A DNA stretch of 64,000 nt, taken from positions 32,001 to 96,000 of the forward strand of contig DASSXV010000010.1 of NCBI GenBank assembly GCA_035703635.1, in the 5' to 3' direction. Under the pieces are notes generated by a model. That model saw nothing but the letters and a program-made list of their open reading frames with translations, ran no database searches and was not told the DNA's origin. The stretch is from Trueperaceae bacterium. GTDB lineage: Bacteria > Deinococcota > Deinococci > Deinococcales > Trueperaceae. The stretch's first letter is position 1. Each line of letters opens with the position of its first letter. This document shows positions 8,446 to 16,879 of the stretch, piece after piece. The position numbers and the translations under genes are program-made.

Positions 8446-11369
8446 CCCTCTCCAGCCTGCTTGCGCTGCCTGCCGTAACTCATGCGCAGTTTGAAGAGCC
8501 CGCGCTTGTTGCGCGCGGCGGCGTCGGCCGCGTCGATCCCGAGTTGCGCAGCGGCTGCTTCGACGCTGATGGCAGGGGCGCCCGCGCCGAGCGTGAGGCG
8601 CACGACGGCCGCGTCGTCCGGCTCGAGTTCGCCCAGGAGCGCAGCTAGTTGCTCGTTCGTTGCCTTCGGGCCGGTCGGCCTCGCTGGTTTGGTGCGGGCC
8701 TTGGCCTTCGTGGCCTTCTTGGCCTTGGTGGGTGCTTTGGCCTTGGCGCCTGCTTTGGCCTTGGTGCCAGCCTTCGCCTTGGTGCTCGCCGCCTTGGCGC
8801 CGCGGCCGCCCCGCGTGCCGCCGCCTGCTGCCTCACGCGCGTCAAGGAGGTCGCTAGCTTGTTCGAGCGAGAGGTCGTCGACGCTCAGGTCGCGTGGCAG
8901 GGAGGCGTTCACGCTGCCGCGTTTGACGTACGGTCCGAAGCGCCCCTCGTACAGTTCGATCGGGTCGCCCGTGCGCGGGTCGGCGCCCAGCTCCTTGATG
9001 GGCGCCGTGCCACGGCGCTTCTTCTGAGAGAGGAGCTCGAGGGCGCGGTCGAGCCCGACGTCGAGCAGGAACTCGGCCTTCGGGATCGAGGCGTAGACGT
9101 TGCCGTGCTTCACGTACGGGCCGTAGCGCCCGATGCCGACCTCGACCGGCTTCGTGTCGTCAGGGTGCTCGCCCAGCTTCATCGGGAGTTCGATGAGCTT
9201 GAGCGCCAACTCGGCGTTCACGTCGTGCGGGGCTACGCCTGGCGGCAACGAGACGCGCTTCGGCTTGGCTCCAGCCTCGCCCGCCTCGCCTAACTGCAGG
9301 TACGGACCGAACGGCCCGCGCTTCAGGTAGATGGGCTCGTCGCTAATAGGTTCGGTCGCGACGACGACGTCGCCCATGTTGCCCTCGACGAGGTACTGCT
9401 CGAGCTCCGCCTTCGTCAGGTCGCCAGGCGCGACGTCCCGCGGCAGCGAAGTCGTCTTGACCTCACCGTCGAGCGGACCCTCGACGTACGGGCCATAACG
9501 CCCGACACGAACGATGTAAGGCGCCCACGCCTCGTTCTCGACGGTGGAGATCTGCCGTGCATCGATGACCTCGAGCGCGTCGTCCACGAGGCGCAAGATG
9601 CCGTGGTCGCCGAGGTAGAAGTCGCGCAAGTAGGTGCCGGAAGCGCGCGCGCCAGAAGCGATGTCGTCTAGCACGCGCTCCATCTGCGCCGTGAACTCCG
9701 TGTCGACGAGCTGCCTGAACTGCTTCTCGAGCAAGTTGTTAGTGGCGAACGCCGTGAAGGTAGGGACGAGCTGCTGACCTTGCTTCCGCGCGTACCCTCG
9801 AGCCTGGATGGTGTCGATGATGCTCGCGTAAGTGCTCGGCCGCCCGATGCCCTCCGCCTCGAGCAGCTTGACGAGCGACGCGTCCGTGTAGCGCGAAGGA
9901 GGCTTGGTCTCGTGACCTTCCGCCGTGACGCTCGAGCAGCTGAGTTCATCGCCGCTCGCGAGGGTGGGTAGCGGCTGATCGCGGTCGTCGAGGGCGGCAT
10001 CTGGGTCGTCGCTGCCCTCCACGTAGGCGCGGAAGAAGCCGGGGAAGAGGACCGTGCGGCCGCTCGCCCTGAACGCCAGCTCAGGTTGATCTGCTTGCGT
10101 GACCATGATGCGCGCCGTCACGAACTTGATGCGCGCGTCCGCCATCTGCGACGCGACAGTGCGCTTCCACACCAGGTCGTAAACCGACGCCTCGAGGCCC
10201 TTGAGGCCGTGCTCATCGGCGGTGCGCATCTCGGTGCCTGCCGGGCGGATGGCCTCGTGAGCTTCCTGCGCGTTGCGGGCAGGGCCCTTGTGCTTCCTCG
10301 TGCCCTGGCTGAGGAACGACTCTCCGTAGCGCCGCTCGATGGCCTCGCGCGTCGCGACGAGCGCTTCTTGCGAGAGGTTAGTCGAGTCGGTACGCATATA
10401 GGTTATGTAGCCGTTCTCGTACAGGCTCTGCGCGACGCGCATGGTGTCGCGGGCCGCCAAGCCGAGCTTGCGGCTCGCTTCCTGCTGCAGCGTAGAGGTG
10501 GTGAACGGCGCGGCCGGGCTGCGGTTCTGCTCGCGCTCCTCGAGCCCGGTTACACCCCAGGCGCCACGCGGCGCCGCGTCGGCGAGGCCCCGCGCCTCGA
10601 TCTCCGACAACTCGATGACGTCGGTGCCGCGTTTTAGTTCCGCTTTCAGCTTGCCGCTCTCCGCGTCGTAATCGCGGCCGCTTGCCACGCGCACGCCGGC
10701 TACGTGCGTCAGTGTCGCCTCGAAGCCGGCGCCGCCTTTGGCCACCTTGGCGCTGAGGTCCCAGTAGCTGGCAGGCACGAACACCATGCGCTCGCGTTCA
10801 CGCATCACGAGGAGCCGGACGGCGACGCTCTGCACCCGCCCCGCGCTGAGCTTAGGCGCGATCTTGCGCCACAGGAGCGGGCTGATGGCGTAACCGACGA
10901 GACGGTCTAGTACCCGCCGCGTCTCCTGCGCCTCGACCAAGTTCGAATCGATCTCGCGAGTGTTCTCGAGCGCGTCTAGGATGGCGCGCTCAGTGATCTC
11001 GTGGAAGACCATGCGCTTGACTGGAACCTTCGGCTGCAGCAACTCGATCAGGTGCCAGCCGATCGACTCGCCCTCGCGATCCTCGTCAGTCGCGATGTAG
11101 ACCTCGTCTGCGCTCTTCAAGGCGGCCTGCAGCGTCTTCACCACAGCCTTCTTCTTGGGAGACACGACGTAGAGGGGCTCGAAACCAGCGTCCACGTTGA
11201 CGCCAAGTCGCGCCCACTCGTTGCCCTTGTAGCTGTCCGGAATCTCGGCCGCGTTGGACGGCAAGTCCCTGACGTGGCCCATGCTGGCCTCTACTTGGTA
11301 GTCGGCTGGCAGGAAGCGCTTGATTGTGCGCGCCTTGGTTGGCGACTCGACGATCACGAGTCGCTTCAT
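8442..11369 (-). CDS. topA: Type IA DNA topoisomerase I with C-terminal repeats, Lys/Ala-rich linker and terminal HTH-like domain
   Basis: LVIVESPTKA, ATDEDREGE, SAGRVQS, ITYMRTD (catalytic Tyr), QEAHEAIRP, GIGRPSTY; four G(R/P)(Y/F)GPY C-terminal repeats. Confidence 0.97.
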   Translation of the reverse strand: MKRLVIVESPTKARTIKRFLPADYQVEASMGHVRDLPSNAAEIPDSYKGNEWARLGVNVDAGFEPLYVVSPKKKAVVKTLQAALKSADEVYIATDEDREGESIGWHLIELLQPKVPVKRMVFHEITERAILDALENTREIDSNLVEAQETRRVLDRLVGYAISPLLWRKIAPKLSAGRVQSVAVRLLVMRERERMVFVPASYWDLSAKVAKGGAGFEATLTHVAGVRVASGRDYDAESGKLKAELKRGTDVIELSEIEARGLADAAPRGAWGVTGLEEREQNRSPAAPFTTSTLQQEASRKLGLAARDTMRVAQSLYENGYITYMRTDSTNLSQEALVATREAIERRYGESFLSQGTRKHKGPARNAQEAHEAIRPAGTEMRTADEHGLKGLEASVYDLVWKRTVASQMADARIKFVTARIMVTQADQPELAFRASGRTVLFPGFFRAYVEGSDDPDAALDDRDQPLPTLASGDELSCSSVTAEGHETKPPSRYTDASLVKLLEAEGIGRPSTYASIIDTIQARGYARKQGQQLVPTFTAFATNNLLEKQFRQLVDTEFTAQMERVLDDIASGARASGTYLRDFYLGDHGILRLVDDALEVIDARQISTVENEAWAPYIVRVGRYGPYVEGPLDGEVKTTSLPRDVAPGDLTKAELEQYLVEGNMGDVVVATEPISDEPIYLKRGPFGPYLQLGEAGEAGAKPKRVSLPPGVAPHDVNAELALKLIELPMKLGEHPDDTKPVEVGIGRYGPYVKHGNVYASIPKAEFLLDVGLDRALELLSQKKRRGTAPIKELGADPRTGDPIELYEGRFGPYVKRGSVNASLPRDLSVDDLSLEQASDLLDAREAAGGGTRGGRGAKAASTKAKAGTKAKAGAKAKAPTKAKKATKAKARTKPARPTGPKATNEQLAALLGELEPDDAAVVRLTLGAGAPAISVEAAAAQLGIDAADAAARNKRGLFKLRMSYGRQRKQAGEG

Positions 11370-11421
11370 GGCAGGTGATGACGACAAGATTACTAACCCC
11401 TATCCTTCGTGAAGCGGGCAC

Positions 11422-11449
11422 ATTATACGCACGCTCCTCGTGAGGTCAA
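11422..11449 (-). promoter_or_regulatory. Near-consensus sigma70-type promoter for topA
   Basis: TTGACC (11449-11444), 16-bp spacer, TATAAT (11427-11422) on the minus strand. Confidence 0.7.
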
Positions 11450-11457
11450 GGGCGTGG

Positions 11458-12060
11458 TCAGACTGGGCGCCGGTTACTGATGGCGCGGCCTAGCGTAACC
11501 TCGTCTGCGTACTCTAGGTCCCCGCCTACGGGAAGACCGTACGCGATACGGCTGACCGCAACGCCTGAGGACCCGAGTTGGCGCGCCAAGTAGTGCGCCG
11601 TTGCCTCGCCTTCCACGGTTGTCGAGGTGGCGAGGACGACCTCGCGCACGCCAGCTAGGCGCTGTTGAAGGGCGGCGATGGTCAGTTGCTCAGGTCCGAT
11701 GCCGTTCATGGGGCTGAGGGAGCCGTGCAGCACGTGATACAGCCCCTGGTACTCGCCTGAGCGCTCGATGGCAAGCAAGTCAGCTGGTTGTTCGACAACG
11801 CACAAGAGGGCGCGGTCGCGGCGCGTGTCTGCGCACACGGCGCAGCAGTCAGACCCGCTGCTCATGACGTTGAAGCAGAGCGGGCAACGCTCGAGGCCCG
11901 TCTTAGCCTCAACGAGGGCGGCGGCTAGCGCCCTCACTTCCTCTTCAGGGCGGTTGAAGAGGTAGAACGCCAGGCGCTGAGCGCTCTTCGGCCCGATGCC
12001 AGGCAGGCGCCCCAGCTCGCGGATGAGCGTAAGGAGCGCCGTTGGGAAGCGCACGCTCAT
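11458..12060 (-). CDS. recR: Recombination mediator RecR
   Basis: LPGIGPKSAQRLA, C4 zinc finger, CVVE, YHVLHG, EGEATA, GLPVGGDLEYADEVTL. Confidence 0.97.
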   Translation of the reverse strand: MSVRFPTALLTLIRELGRLPGIGPKSAQRLAFYLFNRPEEEVRALAAALVEAKTGLERCPLCFNVMSSGSDCCAVCADTRRDRALLCVVEQPADLLAIERSGEYQGLYHVLHGSLSPMNGIGPEQLTIAALQQRLAGVREVVLATSTTVEGEATAHYLARQLGSSGVAVSRIAYGLPVGGDLEYADEVTLGRAISNRRPV

Positions 12061-12109
12061 GCAACTACCGCGCTTAGGTGAGTACGCCGGCGCCGCGTGT
12101 TCTGCTGGC

Positions 12110-12421
12110 TCAGAGCATGCCCCCGAGGCCGCCCATGCCGCCCATGGCAGCGCCCATCTCCTTCTCCTGCAGTTCCTTGGCCTTGCGCTGAGCGTCGCTT
12201 ACGGCGGCCGTGACGAGGTCTTCGAGCATCTCGACGTCTGACGCGTCGACGACCTTGGCATCGATGCGCACCTTGGTGACGGTGCCGTCGCCCGTTGCCT
12301 CTGCACGCACCAAGCCGGCGCCCGCCGAGCCCTCGACGGTCATGCTTGCCAGGCGCTCTTGCGCCTCGTTCACTTTCTGCTGGGCGCGTTGGGCTTCTTT
12401 CATCAGCTTCTGGATGTTCAC
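12110..12421 (-). CDS. ybaB: YbaB/EbfC nucleoid-associated protein
   Basis: MNIQKLMKEAQ..., GSAGAGLV, D.EMLEDLV.AA; conserved dnaX-ybaB-recR order; GAGGAG SD. Confidence 0.93.
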   Translation of the reverse strand: MNIQKLMKEAQRAQQKVNEAQERLASMTVEGSAGAGLVRAEATGDGTVTKVRIDAKVVDASDVEMLEDLVTAAVSDAQRKAKELQEKEMGAAMGGMGGLGGML

Positions 12422-12472
12422 GTTCGCTCCTCTGTGGTCAGGTGCTGCGTATAAGTCAAGTGACTTGGGTTC

Positions 12473-14643
12473 TCAGGCGTCGTCGTTGTCCAACTCGGCG
12501 CCGGTTGGGTCATCGTACCCGTCAGCGAAGGCCGCTTCTGTTGCGCTCTGTGCGTCGCTCTCGTCCCCGGTGTCAGCAGCTTGGCGCAGCGGAACGACCT
12601 CGATGACTTTGCCGGGGAAGAGCGCGACCAACTCCGCGAACGCCTTGCCCTGCGGCGTGTCAGTACTGACGGTCTTCGGCGCGAACGCAGGCTGAGTGGC
12701 CGGTGGCTTGCTCCCGCCGCGCGGTGGGCGCTCGCCGGCTCTGCTCGGCGCTGGTCGCGCGGCAGGCGCTGCGCGGCTGCTCGAGCTCGCCTGAGTGCTT
12801 GACTGGCTCGGCGTCGCCAGCTCGGGTGACTCATCGTCGACCGGCGCCCCGCCACCCCCCGCGGGGAGTTCATCGCTCCCGTCGTCCGCCCACAGGTCCC
12901 CAGTGGCGCCACCGAATGACGAGTCGACGTCCTCCGGAATGAAGTCCGTGACCTCGGCCGGAGCGCCGCTTGGGCGCGCAGCTGGCGGGGGCGTGGCCGG
13001 CGCAGGTTGCGGAGCTTGGGCTACCGGGGCGGGGGTTGGCCGCGGCCGGCGAGGCGCAGGGTCGAACGCGGCCGCCTCGCTGGTTCGCCCTTCCGGTTCG
13101 CTCGCTTGCGGAGCGGGAACTGCCCGCCCCGTCAGGCTTTTTTTGGACCACCACCGCTAGTGGCGCCCGTGACTTTGGCGCGCGCGTTGCCTGCGGGTCC
13201 GTCGATGACCAACTCGTACCCGGGGCCAGCCACCTCAGCCACTAGCTTCGTGAACTCGTCAAGGCGCTGGAGCAGTTGCTTGTGGTGGAACTCGTTCTCT
13301 GCGGGGAAGATCACGCGGATGACCGTGTCTGCTTGCTCAACGCGTGCTGGGGCGAGGAAGGCCTTGAGGCGCACGTCGGCGCGGCTCCTCACGGCATGCC
13401 ACGAGAAGGCGCCGGCCGGGGCGCCCGCCATGGGCGGCGCCTCGACGGCGGGCGCCGCCTCGGCGGCTGGCTCCGCTGGCTTATCCCTCTCCCCGACGTC
13501 ACGGGGCGCCGCGCTCGGGCCCTCGACCTTCTTGGGCTCCGCACGCTTCGGTGCCGCGGTCTGCTGAGCTTCATGCGTGGCGGCGGCCGGCGCTGTGAAC
13601 GCGGCGGGCACGTTGCCGCTAAGCGCATTGCGCGCCTTGATGAGAGCGACCTCGAGTGAGTAGAGGTCGTCGTGCCTGATGAAGCGCTCCTGCTCGTCAT
13701 CGAGCGCGTGGAGTAGTCGCAGTAGTTCCGTGTCCGTGAGCGCGAGCTGCGACTCGCCAGCTAGTTGGGCGTGCAGCGCCGTCCGCAAGGTGCGCGCCAA
13801 CTGCTCGGCGAGGGTGCGCGGCGCGAAACCCGCCCGGTAGAGGCTGCCCGCCTGCTCGAGGAGACCAGTCAGGTCGCCGGTAGCCAAGGCTGCCGCCATG
13901 GCAAGCAGCCGCTCGTGAGGTGGTAGTCCGAGCGCGTCCTCCGTGTGTTGCAGCGTCACAGGCTCGCCGGTGGCTAGGAGGCGATCGAGGAGCGACTCTG
14001 CATCGCGCATGCCGCCGTCCGCACTGCGCGCCACTAGGTCGAGGGCGGGCGCCTCTGCGGCCACGCCAGCGCCCTCCGCGAGCCGCGCGAGTTTCCCGAC
14101 GATCTCGCCGTCAGTCAAGCGCCGGAAGCGGAAGTGCTGGCAGCGCGAGAGCACCGTCGGCGGCAGGCGCTCCGGTTCAGTCGTCGCGAGGATGAACATC
14201 AGACCTGGCGGCGGTTCCTCGAGCGTCTTGAGCAGGGCGTTAGCTGCGGCTTTGCTGAGCATGTGCGCCTCGTCGAGGATCCAGACGCGCGTGCCGCCGC
14301 GCATGCTCGCGAGCATGGCGTGTTCGCGCAAGTCGCGCACGTCCTCGACGGAGTTGTTGGAAGCCGCGTCAAGCTCGATGACGTCCGGGTGCGAACCGGC
14401 CTGGACGAGGCGGCACGACTCGCAGACACCGCACGGGCGTTTCTCGGCGGGGGCCTCACAGTTGACGGCCATGGCGAGGAGTCGCGCGCTGGTCGTCTTA
14501 CCAACCCCGCGCGGCCCAGAGAATAGGTAAGCGTGCCCGACTCGCCCGCGCCTGATGGCGGAAGTCAGGACGTCCTTGACGTGGTCCTGCCCCACGACCT
14601 CGTCGAACGTGACCGGCCGTGCCCGTTGGTAAAGAGCCGACAT
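12473..14643 (-). CDS. dnaX: DNA polymerase III subunits gamma/tau (frame 0 stops at 13132 giving 503 aa; a -1 shift at A7 13144-13138 extends to 12473 giving about 723 aa)
   Basis: ALYQRARP..F..VVGQ, GPRGVGKTT, C4 zinc site, ELDAASN, DEAHML, SRC; the -1 frame, translated by hand, has no stop from 13138 to the TGA at 12475-12473. Confidence 0.9.
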
Positions 14644-14719
14644 CTCGCGGGGAGTCTACCATCGGGCTCGCTCCGCCCCCGTCCGCCGCCAGGCCGGTAG
14701 CCGGTTGTAACATCGACCC

Positions 14720-15613
14720 ATGCAACGGCTAGAGACAGCGGGCATGCGCGTAGCCGTCGCCCTCGGGGGCGGTACGGCGCGTGGCCTCGTGCACGTCGGC
14801 GTCCTCAAGGCGCTCGACGCCAACGGAGCGCCGCCCGTCATGCTCGGCGGCACGTCGTTCGGAGCCATCATCGCGGCGCTCTACGCCCTCACGGGCAACG
14901 CCCTCGAGGTGGAGCGCATCGTGCGCGATCAGGACATGGCGGAGGTCTGGCGCCAGGGACTCGACTTCGGTCTGCATCATGGCGCCCTGATCAACGGCCG
15001 CCGCCTACGCGACTGGCTTGACCGCAAGTACTTCCTCGGCGCCACTTTCGCTGACGTGCAGGTGCCGCTCGTCATCGCCACGACCGACCTCGCTACTGGC
15101 GAGCTAGTGCGCGTCGATTCCGGCAACATCGCCGACGCCGTGCGCGCCAGCTGCTCACTGCCAGGCCTCTTCGCCCCGGTGAAGGCCGGCGGACGCTGGT
15201 TGATCGACGGCGGCTTCGTCGAACCGGTGCCGTTCTCGAGCCTGCCTGTCGCCAACGGTGTCGCCAGGCTAGGCGTGCACGCAGGTGTCGACGTGCGGCG
15301 CTCCGGCGTGGTCAGGGCCATCAGGCGCTTCAACGCCTCGCGCGTAGGGCAAGCTTTCCTGCGCCGCGGGGCGCGCGTCGAACCCCACGGGCCGCTAGGT
15401 CAGATCTATCGGGGCTTGGCGATCTCATTGGGCTCGTACAGCCACGCACTGCAAGCACCGGCCGCGGCTACGCTGCTGCGGCTAGATCCTCACATGGCGT
15501 GGTGGGACTTCCACAAGTCGCCCCTCGCCATCCAAGTCGGCGAGCGAGCCATGACCGAACTCATCGCTAGCGGCTTCATCTGCCGCGGCGGCGCGGTACC
15601 CTCACCGGCATGA
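14720..15613 (+). CDS. Patatin-like phospholipase
   Basis: ALGGG..RG, GTSFG (GxSxG), ASCSLPGLF, IDGG. Confidence 0.88.
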   Translation: MQRLETAGMRVAVALGGGTARGLVHVGVLKALDANGAPPVMLGGTSFGAIIAALYALTGNALEVERIVRDQDMAEVWRQGLDFGLHHGALINGRRLRDWLDRKYFLGATFADVQVPLVIATTDLATGELVRVDSGNIADAVRASCSLPGLFAPVKAGGRWLIDGGFVEPVPFSSLPVANGVARLGVHAGVDVRRSGVVRAIRRFNASRVGQAFLRRGARVEPHGPLGQIYRGLAISLGSYSHALQAPAAATLLRLDPHMAWWDFHKSPLAIQVGERAMTELIASGFICRGGAVPSPA

Positions 15614-16827
15614 CGACGCCAGCTCGCTCGCTCTTCCCGGCCCTATCCCAAGCAGACTGGTGGGGACCCTTCATGGCCAGGCGAGAGGCGAGTGCGTCCA
15701 GCGCCGACTTACCCGTAGCGCTCGCTGCCGCTGGGTACCCGGACCCGGCCTCCGCCATGGCGCACACCATCCTCAGTAACCGCTCCGTGCTGAGCACCTA
15801 CGCGACGGGCCGCGTGCCAGACGGACTGCGCACGCTACTACGGGCCGAACTGTGGCGCTTGGGTGAGCTCTTGAGGCGCGTGAACCAACCCGTCGACGGG
15901 GTCGCGTCGACCAAGCACCCGATCGTCCTGACGGGCCTGGCCGAACCGTGCCTGAGCGCCGGTGCGGCCGAGCGCGTGGCCAAACTCGCCTCTGCGCTAT
16001 CGACCGCCGACGCAGACGGCGTTTCAAGCGTGTTCCTCGAGCTCTTGAGGACCGTAGGCAACGGACCGGCGGCGCTCTACCCCGTACTGACGTGGCGCGG
16101 CGGTCGTCTGGAGCCCGTGCGCTACCCGGACACGCCGGCGTGGGAGGAGCTCGTCGACTTAGATGACCCGCTCGAGCGCTTGGCGCAGAACACGGAGGCG
16201 CTGCTGCTAGGCAGGCAAGCGAACGATGTCCTCGCTTACGGCGCGCGCGGTAGCGGCAAGTCGACCGCCGTGCGCGGCTTGGCGCAGCGTTACGCCAGCG
16301 GCGGCCTCCGCTTGGTGGAGGTGCCCGTAGGCGCGCTAGAGGAGCTGCCGCTCCTCCTCGAGGAGTTGAGGCCGCAGCCTCTCAAGTTCGTGCTGTTCGT
16401 CGACGACCTCTCGTTCGGTGGTGGCGACCAGGAGTACCGGCCACTCAAGAGCCTCCTCGAGGGCGGCGTGAGGCGGCGGCCAGACAACACGGTCGTGTAC
16501 GCCACCTCCAACCGCAGGCACCTAGTGCGCGAACGCCTCAGCGACCGTCCAGACCCCCTCGACGACGACGTTCACGCTTGGGACACCCACCAGGAGCGGC
16601 TAGCGCTAGCCGACCGTTTCGGGCTCGTCATCACGTTCCCGGCAGCAGATCAACGGCAATACCTGAAGATGGTCCGTTCCCTCGCGAGCGCCAAGGGCAT
16701 CTCGTTGGCCCAAGACCTCGAGGAGCGGGCGCTGCGCTTCGCTGAGTGGAACAACGGCTACTCCGGACGCACGGCCAAGCAGTTCGTGGCGTCCTTGCAG
16801 GTCGCACCGGACCCGGGCCGTGGGTGA
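15610..16827 (+). CDS. DUF815-type AAA+ ATP-binding protein
   Basis: YGARGSGKS, LFVDDLSF, LKSLLEG, YATSNRRHL, LADRFGL, GYSGRTA. Confidence 0.85.
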   Translation: MTTPARSLFPALSQADWWGPFMARREASASSADLPVALAAAGYPDPASAMAHTILSNRSVLSTYATGRVPDGLRTLLRAELWRLGELLRRVNQPVDGVASTKHPIVLTGLAEPCLSAGAAERVAKLASALSTADADGVSSVFLELLRTVGNGPAALYPVLTWRGGRLEPVRYPDTPAWEELVDLDDPLERLAQNTEALLLGRQANDVLAYGARGSGKSTAVRGLAQRYASGGLRLVEVPVGALEELPLLLEELRPQPLKFVLFVDDLSFGGGDQEYRPLKSLLEGGVRRRPDNTVVYATSNRRHLVRERLSDRPDPLDDDVHAWDTHQERLALADRFGLVITFPAADQRQYLKMVRSLASAKGISLAQDLEERALRFAEWNNGYSGRTAKQFVASLQVAPDPGRG

Positions 16828-16879
16828 GGGGAAGAAGACCCTAGCCCCGCGCGGGAGGCGCCGTTAGTCTGAAGTTGCG

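Noticed and set aside
8690-8800. Periodic GCCTT(G/C)G repeats as a CRISPR-like or non-coding tandem array
   Set aside because: They are codons of the Lys/Ala linker inside topA; there are no spacers and no cas genes
12418-13154. ORF-track ORFs 12418..12912 (-) and 12870..13154 (-) as independent genes
   Set aside because: Arg/Ser-rich shadow frames; the third frame is open throughout and reads as the dnaX C-terminal extension
15610-16827. AAA+ ATPase next to a patatin as an anti-phage (CBASS-like) module
   Set aside because: No nucleotidyltransferase, HORMA or other defence genes; the ATPase matches the common DUF815 family and the patatin is an ordinary RssA-like type
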